Positions 40,301 to 48,094 of a DNA stretch of 64,000 nt are shown in pieces (within the stretch, counting starts at the first letter, position 1; the number at the start of each line of letters is the position of its first letter). The DNA is from an uncultured delta proteobacterium (GTDB lineage Bacteria; Desulfobacterota; Binatia; Binatales; Binataceae). A program made the position numbers and the translations under genes. The stretch lies in NCBI GenBank assembly GCA_963794325.1, contig CAWCDG010000004.1, positions 1,696,001-1,760,000 of the forward strand, in the 5' to 3' direction. Below the pieces are notes generated by a model that was not told the origin of the DNA, did not search any database, and saw only the letters and a list, made by a program, of their open reading frames with translations.

Positions 40301-40440
40301 AGCGGTGTGAACTGACCAGCTGTCCAATTTCCCCTGGCGCGGCGCTGGCCACGTCCGGCGGCCCAGTGGCAGCTCAGTGCTTAATTAATGCCACCTACAC
40401 CTGCCAGATACCTCTAGGAGGCGATCAATTCCAGCAGTGA
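37375..40440 (+). CDS. Large secreted cysteine-rich repeat protein
   Basis: GGAGG SD; signal peptide; CND.NACT..D.C repeats; disintegrin-like and STIG1-like motifs. Confidence 0.85.
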   Translation: MTRIGIVVTRLFAFTCLFFAALLLITACTALAESDCKPAAPLPQSKCNKDAQCCTGLVCGPAGSSQNNATTQCQPGCRIDGVFYASGAVNATQCQSCQPAVSTKAWSDLGNGTSCNDHNACTQTDTCQAGACVGSKPIVCTASDQCHTAGTCNPSTGVCSNPDKTNGTTCNDGNACTQTDTCQSGTCAGSNPVVCTASDQCHVAGTCNSSTGVCSNPNKTDGTACNDNNACTSNDVCTGGSCAGTAVTCTASDQCHGAGTCNPQTGCSNPPLANGTACNDGNACTSNDVCTGGSCAGAAVTCTASDQCHGAGTCNPQTGCSNPPLANGTACNDNNACTSNDVCTGGSCAGTAVTCTASDQCHTAGTCDPSTGACSNPVAASGTTCVNANDCVSGTATCNGSGQCIGGTNVANGTSCNGGNLCLTGGKCSTGTCSGGTPTICSGQDACHTAATCNPADGTCAAATPIADGQTCNSVACQVGGTCTAGACSGDKAAAGGKKVLCRPAAVGADGTTCDVPEYCDGTNVTCPADGYVPAGTLCRAIGTNPSFSTYNLCDQAEYCTGTSNACPADTGLALGVACGGVGCTSTGFCQGRCGGVNGIGTIACSSDNDCMGQPATRTQCLPSTFDHGLLKCSGGFSEPNGHTCTDSNSDAGTCADGLCKTSFCSYDIMCPDGYVCDSNHGCVLATAGGLGVSCTGDPTGATVSGTCGFDPEIGTKDDCCAGMQGTGQGAAAGPNVSGRCEQCCNSSTSVSSVVSCGTDDVTQCCNGRCADTAHDIDNCGGCAYTPPSLGGGTNCNELLSACSPSATCNPDNGGCILSDACGSTTDGGPNICQIPTVTVTNSACSECYATSLTEVAALGVTFGRNCSTDADCQGVAGACRFFTSFCDANSVSPGLGCSSSTGCRNATFSQGACNVNFTCLTTLGVTTSIAPECTTSPYTSCGLICATGTLSQGNIGTQCSVDSDCTSGPDGYPGERCELTSCPISPGAALATSGGPVAAQCLINATYTCQIPLGGDQFQQ
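37708..38517 (+). repeat. Five intragenic tandem repeats of 159-165 bp (53-55 aa, 8 Cys each)
   Basis: Units start at 37708, 37873, 38038, 38197 and 38356; units 3 and 4 are nearly identical at DNA level. Confidence 0.9.
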
Positions 40441-40470
40441 GTGACTAATTCAGACAAGCGGTCGTGCATT

Positions 40471-40517
40471 ACCAGGTTGACTCTTACGCGACAAGAACGC
40501 GTAAGAGTCAACCTGGT
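40471..40517. terminator. Perfect 20-bp-stem hairpin downstream of the Cys-rich gene
   Basis: ACCAGGTTGACTCTTACGCG-7 nt-CGCGTAAGAGTCAACCTGGT; no U-tract, so the role is uncertain. Confidence 0.5.
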
Positions 40518-40532
40518 GCTCGCCGCGACGCC

Positions 40533-40601
40533 GCCATCCAGACGGATGCGACGTGGGGGAGTGGGGAAGGGGAAATCACTTTATCAAATGTGAAACCCGC
40601 G
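40533..40601 (+). repeat. 69-bp direct repeat, right copy, followed by a REP mosaic to about 40970
   Basis: Identical to 34492-34560. Confidence 0.93.
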
Positions 40602-41170
40602 GTGGGTTTCACACTTCCTTCGGCAGGGGTGACCCCTGCAACCAGTATCCTACAACCGGTTCCCCTTCCCGCTCGGGAAGGGGTTAGGGGTTAGGTTCTT
40701 CGTGCGTGCGCGCGATTCCGAATACCTCGCCCGTTACTTTACGGGAGAGGCGGCCGGCGGGCGCAGCCGCCGGTAGGTGAGGGTTCCGGGCCACATCGCA
40801 AGAGCTGGCCTAATGACTTTTTGTGTCATTCTTGAGCGCTTCTGGATAACTCCGCTTTCACCAGCCGAAGCCCTGAGCCCAGCCGAGCGGGGAAGAATCC
40901 CGGATTCTTCTTTGCCTCGCTCACTGAAGGGGAGCCGTCGCGACGCGCGTCCGCGTGCGGCGAGTGAGGGACGTTTGCGCGGCGCGATTGTCTCGCGCGT
41001 CGCGATCAGATCCCAAGCTAAATACGAACGTTTGACGTGCGAGAAGTAAAATCAAGGCAAGCAGTTGCCTCGTCACAAAATCGCTGAGGTTTCAGTGGCC
41101 GAATGTTTCAGAACCGTACATCGCACGCGGGAAGGTTGCTCAGTGTATAATTCTGAACCCTAACGCGCCT

Positions 41171-43623
41171 ATGCCAAAGAAGAGAAATATACGGACGCAA
41201 CGGCCAGACGATGCGTTTTCGATGGGGCCAATCTCGTTCGCTCGCTTCGGAAAAAATCTTGTCTGGAAGAGCGATTGGCCTGAAGGCGCCTTTAATGAAA
41301 TGCAAGAGCAGCGAATCCAACACTATCCCAAAACCGTAGAGAAGATTGACAAGCTCATATCTGAGATCACAAGCCTCATCGGCGAGCTGCCGCCTGATAG
41401 GCTTCTACATCGAGCTTGGTGGGAAATGACCCATCTGCACAGGAAAGTTGCCAACGAAACCAGCGTCGCGTCAGACGAGAGCGCTTCGGTTCGAATGATC
41501 GACTACGTTCAAAGCGTTATCGCTGCTGCGCCGCGAGAGCATAGTCCACGAGAAGAGTTAACAGAAGAAGAGTGGGCAACGCTACGAGAAAAGGTCGACG
41601 AGCTTTTCCGAACGGTCTCCTTTGACTATCAATTCTGCCGTACCGCAAAGAACAAAGCCGAAGATCCGAATTTCGACAAAGACTTCGAAGAATTCCGATT
41701 GCGGCTGAGATCTACTGGTGCAACGTCAGGGGTAAGAGATATCAGGTCCATGAAACCGCCTACCTGAAGGATATGTTCCTTCCACATTCTGACGTGTTGC
41801 AGGAACTATTTGGCATCTCTGGCGAGCAGTTCGTCGATGAGATTACTAAAATCTGGCATGTACTATCGTTTGGCATCAGCGATGCGGCCGAGTCATTCGG
41901 TCGATTTCAGGACGATGTAATGGACGCGCTCGACAGGAAGAGGATCGGCTTACCACCGCCGACTGAAGATGAAATGTTAGCCTTGACGTCTGAGGTCGTG
42001 AAGGAACACGGATGGGAAGATCGCCAAGATGACGTTTTAGGCCGCTTCTTTGGTATGGATCTTTTCGATCTTCAAAAAACCACAACACTCCCGCGTCGCT
42101 TACTGGACGAGTTATCTTGGTCGCCCGGAGAGGAAGTGGAATTCTTTGCAGAAGGTGCGTATAGCGGTTGGCCTCTTCGTGTCTGGCCGATCTTCAAGCG
42201 TCCTTTCATCCGATTGGACGGCCGATACTATTGTTTCGATCTCTATAGCCTTCTCGACAATCTTTACCGCGTCATGCAGCGCCTGATCCGAAATCTTAAG
42301 CCATCCTATGAGCAAACTTGGAACCGCATTCAGCAGAAAGCATCGGAAGACCTTCCTTTCAAATACTTAGAGACCTTGCTGCCAGGGGCAGATGTATGGA
42401 GGCAGGTTTACTATCGCGGTAAAACAGTCACGGGCGCCAGCGAATGGTGCGAGACTGACGGACTCCTCATTTATGATGACCACCTGTTCGTCATCGAGCG
42501 AGAGGTGGGGCCTTCACGTACACGCCTCCTGCGATCGATTTTCCTGCCTATGTTGCATCACTTAGGAACCTCGTCTTAAAGCCCGCAACGCAGGGCAAGC
42601 GATTCGTTGAGTATTTGAAAAGTGCCGACGCGGTTCCTTTGTTCGACAGAGATCACAAGCAGGTCGGTGAGCTACGCAAGAAGAACTTTCGCCACATCAC
42701 AATATGCCCGGTAACCCTCGACCCATTCACCGAAATAGCCGCTCAGGTACAACATCTCCGTAAGATTGGTGTCGACGTTGGTTCCGAGCCCATTTGGGTC
42801 GTATCTCTAGACGATCTCCGCGTGTACGCGGACATTTTCGAAAATCCCCTGCTTTTCCTGACACTACGTGGAGCAGAGAATGCAAGGTTTCCGGTCGAAC
42901 GTTATCAGGTCCGACGACGAGCTTGATCATCTGGGCCTCTACCTAAAGCACAACCATTTCACTACCTATGCTCAGGAAATTCACGGTGACTCCGATGCCA
43001 GAATCAGGTTCGTCGGATACCGGGCGAGTATCGACAAATTTTTTAGTGAGCGCATGCTTGACCCAACCACACCCTGCCCTTTAAAGCAGGAAATCCCACC
43101 ACGCATTCTGGAGATTGTCGAGTTCCTATCGCGCAGCAACAAACCGGGCCGCGCGGAAATCGCTGCCTTTCTGCTGGATATTGACGCCGTAAGGCGTACG
43201 CCGGTCGCGAGGAACATCGATGAGGAATTGTTGAGGCAGCCCACCACTAAGCGACCGATGCCATTCTCGATGCATGCTGGCGTGAATCTGACAGTCTTCT
43301 GCTGGACCAACGCTTGGGCCCAGAGACGAGCTCCCCTTGCGCTTTACCACACGCGGACAGTGTTCCTGATCCACGAAGAGTCGCGTCGCCTTTTGCTTGA
43401 ACTAAGTTACACAGACTCCGGCGTTCTCAAAGACATCGACTGGAATTGGGTAGACTCAGCCAGCATACCTTCGCATGAGTTGCCAAGCTTGCGCGCCAAC
43501 GCAGACGGGTTGCGTCGCGAAAGGATCACCAAGGCGAAGGGCGCAAAGGGGAAAATCGAAAGAAACGATCCGTGTCCTTGCGGCAGCGGCAGGAAGTACA
43601 AGCGATGCTGCCTGGGGCGATAG
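41171..43623 (+). pseudogene. Large protein with NERD/PD-(D/E)XK-like motif and C-terminal SEC-C zinc motif, broken by three frameshifts
   Basis: Four collinear ORFs joined by shifts near 41700, 42500 and 42865; ETDGLLIYDDHLFVIE; RNDPCPCGSGRKYKRCC; lower GC than the flanks. Confidence 0.75.
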
Positions 43624-43987
43624 CAAGCCAATGAAAGGGATAGAGTTCTCTCGTTGCTCTCTCTGCGCGATATGCATCGCATCAAGCAATCCTGCTTTAG
43701 TTGTCCCTCACCCGCGCCGGAGGCGCGGCCTCTCCCCACGAACGGGCGAGGCTAAGAACCCAGGGTCCCTCTGCGGAGCCTGCCCTGAGCGAAGTCGAAG
43801 GGGTCGGGATGACACAAGGACTCAGGAGTGGCTGCGCAGGATCCGGATGCGCACCTTGAATCGCGCGCGAAAAAAATCGCGCGCTGAACAAGGTCCCTCT
43901 CCTTAAATCCTCTCCCGTCGGGAGAGGGGAAGATAAGAAAAACACATCGCCTGCTCAGTTTCGGTATCAACGCCAAGCCGGAAAACT

Positions 43988-44015
43988 ATTCGTGTTTCGT
44001 TCTCCTGAACTTTAT
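43988..44015 (+). repeat. 28-bp direct repeat flanking the IS (left copy; right copy 46799-46826)
   Basis: ATTCGTGTTTCGTTCTCCTGAACTTTAT is identical on both sides. Confidence 0.95.
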
Positions 44016-44195
44016 GGGGATTAGTAGTTTGTTGACACCATTCCTGCTAATCTGGCGTCGGCGTGACAGGCCGACGACAACCGTTGACATTCGCACCTGC
44101 TATATTCGCTGTCTGATCGCCTTGCGTTTTTAAGTGCGGTCTATAACCAAGGACGTTCTCCGCTTCGTCGGAGTTCGTGTTATAAGGTCAGCGTC

Positions 44196-45041
44196 ATGGC
44201 AAGATTGCGGTTTCGGTTTGAATTGAGGCGGGACGCCAAGGGCGTCCAATTGCAGAAGCTCGCCAAGATCGCCGAGGAGACGCAACGTTTCTTGCGAATG
44301 ATGGCGAAGGACGTAGAGAACGACCGGCTTCAGGAAGATTGGGTTGCCGTTAATTTCTTGGACCACTCGATCGGTTACGACTTAGAATTCATCGGTGACG
44401 CCGACGAAGACGAAGCACGAATCTTCCGCCGCGCTGTTCTCCATGTTGCAAATTGGACTACGAACGGTCACTCGCGCGAGGGTGTGCAAGGTGTTCGGAA
44501 GGAAACGCTTCTCCAATTCGCAAAGATCGCAGAGCCGCTCGAATCTACAGAGAAAATAGATTGGGGGTTTTTTAACGGAACCGATCCCGATCTTCCTACC
44601 GACGCTCCCTTGGACTGGCGTTCCTTAACTAAGAGCCAGGCTCTCGCTGTCTCTGAGCGATTGAGCCAAATAATTGAATACCGAGGAATGATTCAGGGAA
44701 TCATTCACTCTCTGTACAAAGAATCGTCGCCTCCGTACTTCGACGCTAGGCAGTTATCTACTCAAGATATAGTTAAGTGCTTGTATAAACAGGAAGACTA
44801 CAGACTTGTAGTTAACTTGTTGCAACGGCGGGACGCCGTAGTAATAGTCTCTGGACTCATTAAGGCACGTCGCCTAGATCGCAAAATCACAGAGATTCGT
44901 ATCGAACGAATGCGTTCCACAGAACCATTGTCCGATGCGGAGTTTGCGAAGTTGCAGGGCGCTGCACCGGAGTTGACAGGACGACTAAGCACTGACGATT
45001 TCATTGAGCGCCAGCGCCGTAGAGACAATGGCGACGAATAA
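44196..45041 (+). CDS. IS passenger hypothetical protein (putative antitoxin/partner of the PIN protein)
   Basis: 281-aa ORF overlapping the PIN start; antitoxin-like C-terminal LTGRLSTDDFIERQR. Confidence 0.7.
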   Translation: MARLRFRFELRRDAKGVQLQKLAKIAEETQRFLRMMAKDVENDRLQEDWVAVNFLDHSIGYDLEFIGDADEDEARIFRRAVLHVANWTTNGHSREGVQGVRKETLLQFAKIAEPLESTEKIDWGFFNGTDPDLPTDAPLDWRSLTKSQALAVSERLSQIIEYRGMIQGIIHSLYKESSPPYFDARQLSTQDIVKCLYKQEDYRLVVNLLQRRDAVVIVSGLIKARRLDRKITEIRIERMRSTEPLSDAEFAKLQGAAPELTGRLSTDDFIERQRRRDNGDE

Positions 45042-45600
45042 ACAACAAGCGTACATGGATTCTTGCTGCTTTATCGAATACGTAAAGCACAAGGTGGGCA
45101 TTCCATTAAGTACCGAGCGCGACAACGAAGCTTGGTATATTGGCCAATTGCTACAAGCATCGGCTGACCGAGACATTGAAATATACACTTCTACGTTAAC
45201 CGTCGCCGAATGCACTCACGCTGAAGGCGATATAAGTGATGAAGTTCAGGATTGGTTTATTCGGCTTCTAACGTCGGGGAAGCACGTAATATTAGTAGAG
45301 CCAGATATTTTCGTCGCAGAACTCGCTAGAGACCTACGATGGAGACATAACATTCGCCTAGGGGGTGCGGATGGCTTGCACGTCGCTTCAGGTATCGATA
45401 GGGCTTGCGTCGAATTCTTGACGTTGGAAGGCGAGAAAAAGAATAACGCGATTCTCAGAAACAAGGGTGAGATCGTAAAGCTGGGCATGACTCCTCGGCA
45501 TCCCTCCGATACAACCTGTCTTAGCGAGGAGTACCGACAACAGGTCGTGCCTGGTGTGCCTCCAGCGCCACGAAAAAGGAAGATGGGAAAGAAGAAGTAA
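45028..45600 (+). CDS. PIN-domain (VapC-like) ribonuclease
   Basis: YMDSCCFI, STLTVAE, ADGLHVASG, FLT acidic pattern. Confidence 0.85.
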   Translation: MATNKQQAYMDSCCFIEYVKHKVGIPLSTERDNEAWYIGQLLQASADRDIEIYTSTLTVAECTHAEGDISDEVQDWFIRLLTSGKHVILVEPDIFVAELARDLRWRHNIRLGGADGLHVASGIDRACVEFLTLEGEKKNNAILRNKGEIVKLGMTPRHPSDTTCLSEEYRQQVVPGVPPAPRKRKMGKKK

Positions 45601-45608
45601 GGCGCTAT

Positions 45609-45770
45609 CTAGCGCTTCTGCTTTTGCGCCTTATCGATTTTTTCTTTCGGGACGTTCACCAGGTGCCGCATCATCCGGTCGAATTCTGACATGTCCGCGT
45701 TTTTCAGTGCTTCGCGGAGTTCTTTTGTCTTCGCGCGGATTGACGGGGAATCTGAAGTCGCCTTGGGCAC
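45609..45770 (-). CDS. Small 53-aa ORF downstream of the transposase
   Basis: GTG..TAG: MPKATSDSPSIRAKTKELREALKNADMSEFDRMMRHLVNVPKEKIDKAQKQKR; below the ORF-track cutoff. Confidence 0.6.
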   Translation of the reverse strand: MPKATSDSPSIRAKTKELREALKNADMSEFDRMMRHLVNVPKEKIDKAQKQKR

Positions 45771-45809
45771 GTCGCCACTTTAGCGAATTCACAGGCACGC
45801 GGCTACGGA

Positions 45810-46745
45810 CTAGACGTTTGATATGAGTTCAGCAAACGGATCGTCGTCGTGACGCCGATTGTGCCGATACGTGAACTCCGACAGATAAAGCGGTAAGTAG
45901 TCTTTCGATACTTTATGATAGCTGCCCATGATGCCGCGCCGGAGCAACGACCAGAACGATTCAATCGTCTGCGTATGCACACGACCGCGCACGTACTCAT
46001 CGTTCTTGTGCGTAACGAAATCGTGCTTGAAGCCCATCCGATCCAGATTCCGGTAACGGAAGCTCTCATCAGTCGCGATCAGATCGACCTTACTCGAAAC
46101 CGTCTTTTTGACGAAATCATCATACGTTCGGAAATCGGCATCTTCGACCATCTGGCAGACTACGTTGCCTTTGCGGGCAATGGCTCCGATGACTTCGGTC
46201 TTTCCGACAGGGCCGCGCCGATTGGCGCGTTGGCTCTTGTGCTTGTTGCGCTCCAAGCCGCCAAGGTAAACCTCATCGATCTCGACCACGCCCATCAGTT
46301 GTTCCCACTGCGAATCTTTCATCGCGGCGCGCAGTCTCATGCACTGATACCAAGTCGTGTGATAGTTGTTCAGGTGCTTCGAGCCGTACATCATCCGGTG
46401 AAGCTGGAGCGCACTGATTCCCTTCTTCGACGTGAGCATCAAGTATCCGATTTTGAACCACGATTTGAGCGGGCGTTTCGTGTTCTCAAAAATCGTGTGC
46501 GTGATCACGCTGAACCTGTAGCCGTTCTGCTTGCCGCACGTGAGCACTTCGCCAGTCTCTTTGTTGACCGACTCTTTGCCGCTCTTGCAGACCCAATTGA
46601 ATGGACGCGCCTTGAGTTCGTAAACCTTTTCGTTCCCGCATCGCGGACAGGTAACCTTGCCATCCGGCCAGCGCATATCCTTGACGTACTGGCGACAAGC
46701 TTCTTCGGTCGGGAACCGTTGATCGAAAGCATCTAGCGTTTGCAT
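45810..46745 (-). CDS. IS1595-family (ISXO2-like) DDE transposase with Zn ribbon
   Basis: RWP..CPRCG, KGISALQL, VEIDEVY.GG, TDE, HTQTIESFWS..R, YLSEF.YR.N. Confidence 0.95.
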   Translation of the reverse strand: MQTLDAFDQRFPTEEACRQYVKDMRWPDGKVTCPRCGNEKVYELKARPFNWVCKSGKESVNKETGEVLTCGKQNGYRFSVITHTIFENTKRPLKSWFKIGYLMLTSKKGISALQLHRMMYGSKHLNNYHTTWYQCMRLRAAMKDSQWEQLMGVVEIDEVYLGGLERNKHKSQRANRRGPVGKTEVIGAIARKGNVVCQMVEDADFRTYDDFVKKTVSSKVDLIATDESFRYRNLDRMGFKHDFVTHKNDEYVRGRVHTQTIESFWSLLRRGIMGSYHKVSKDYLPLYLSEFTYRHNRRHDDDPFAELISNV

Positions 46746-46752
46746 ACTGATC

Positions 46753-46781
46753 AGAATAGCGGATTAGCGAGTCGGTGTCAA
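46753..46781 (-). promoter_or_regulatory. Sigma70-type transposase promoter with the -35 inside the TIR; probably leaderless
   Basis: Minus strand TTGACA-17 nt-TATTCT-7 nt-ATG. Confidence 0.7.
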
Positions 46782-46835
46782 CAGCCTACTAATCCCCGAT
46801 TCGTGTTTCGTTCTCCTGAACTTTATTGCCAAAAA

Positions 46836-46851
46836 CGTTTCACGTGAAACG
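46836..46851. promoter_or_regulatory. parS: parS centromere site 1
   Basis: CGTTTCACGTGAAACG matches the tGTTtCACGTGaAACa consensus; within a perfect 28-bp palindrome 46830-46857. Confidence 0.9.
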
Positions 46852-46970
46852 TTTTTGCACAAAAAGCGAACAAAATCAGGCGCTTGTGAAATCTGAAACC
46901 CGGGAATCGCACCAATTTAATGTGACGATCGGTCGGCGCCGATCAACTCGATGTTATCGGCGTCCGAAAA

Positions 46971-46986
46971 CGTTTCACGTGAAACG
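46971..46986. promoter_or_regulatory. parS: parS centromere site 2
   Basis: CGTTTCACGTGAAACG within a 24-bp palindrome 46967-46990. Confidence 0.9.
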
Positions 46987-47009
46987 TTTTGCTCCTGGAC
47001 GCCGGTTAA

Positions 47010-48093
47010 TCAGGTGGCGTTAGCGGGGTCCAGGCGGTCTCTTAGGTGGTCGCCCAGGAAGTTAAACGACATTACGGCCAGGAAGATGAAGATTCCCGGG
47101 ATTAAGATCCAGGGGTAGCGGGCCAGGTTTTGGACGTCCTGGGCTTGGGCCAGGAGGTTGCCCCAGCTGGCGGCGGGTTCCTGGATGCCGAGGCCCAACA
47201 GCGACAGGGCGCTTTCGCCTAAGATGAAGCCGGGGATTGAGAGGGTGGCGGCGACGATTGCGTAGCCCATCACCGACGGGATGATGTGGCGGGTGATGAT
47301 GCGCCATCGCGAGGCGCCGAGCGCGCGGGCTGCTTCGACGTACGGCCGCGAGCGCACCGAGGACGCCATCCCGCGGATGATTCGCGCGAAGCCGGCCCAA
47401 CTGATGAAGCTCATGATCGCGACGATCATGAAAAACGTCGCGACCGCGCCAAGTCCCGACGGAATCACCGCCGCGAGCGCCAGTAAAAAATAGAATGACG
47501 GCAGCGACATCTCGATTTCGGACCATCGCATGATCAGGAAATCGACTGTGCCGCCGATGTATCCCGACAGCGCGCCGACCGTGATGCCCAGTGAAAAAGT
47601 GATCAGCACGCCGATCAGCCCGACGCACATGCTCACGCGCGAGCCGTAAACGATTCGCGACCAAAGGTCGCGGCCCAAGGCCGTCGCTGCCGAGCATGAA
47701 GTACGGCACGCGCTCGCTGTCAGTGGTGAACAGGTGCCAGTGCGAGAACAGGTGGATGTCGAGCCGCTGCGAATTGTCGGCGGCGAAGGTGCGCGCACTG
47801 CTGTCCTGCATATGCATCGGATGCGTATAGAAAATACTGCGCGACCATTCGGACGGCGCGCTCAGGTGAAGCGACATCGGCGGACAATCGGGCATCTCGC
47901 GATTCTGATACGCGGGATCGTAGCTCGCGAAGAACGGCGACGCAGCGGCGAGCAGGTAGAATACGGCGAGGCAGATTGCGGAAAAGCGCACCGTCCGCGA
48001 CGCGAGACGCCACTCGCGCGCGATGCTCAATGTTCTCGGCGCGGATACCTCAGCGCCTTGTAGATTTGCCTGCAATGCGGGAACGGCGTTCAT
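47010..48093 (-). CDS. oppC: Oligopeptide ABC permease with a single frameshift near 47680 (likely sequence error)
   Basis: LGSDG|LGRD split across two frames; YVEAARALGAS, HIIP, E.ALS.LGLG. Confidence 0.85.
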
Positions 48094-48094
48094 A

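Larger units (their letters stand above)
44016..46797. mobile_element. IS1595-family transporter IS with passenger genes
   Basis: 24-bp TIRs GGGGATTAGTAG(TT/GC)TGTTGACACC at 44016-44039 and 46774-46797 (2 mismatches); DDE transposase; flanking direct repeat. Confidence 0.93.

Noticed and set aside
40471-40517. Hairpin as an IS200/IS605 end or omega-RNA
   Set aside because: No tnpA, tnpB or iscB gene nearby; only a GTTGAC/GTCAAC resemblance
43988-44015. 28-bp repeat as a dif/Xer site
   Set aside because: The length matches, but it has no XerC/XerD arm consensus or dyad symmetry
47670-47690. Programmed frameshifts in oppC, the RnfD-like gene and the SEC-C gene
   Set aside because: No slippery heptamers seen; scattered single-base indels are better explained by assembly error or decay
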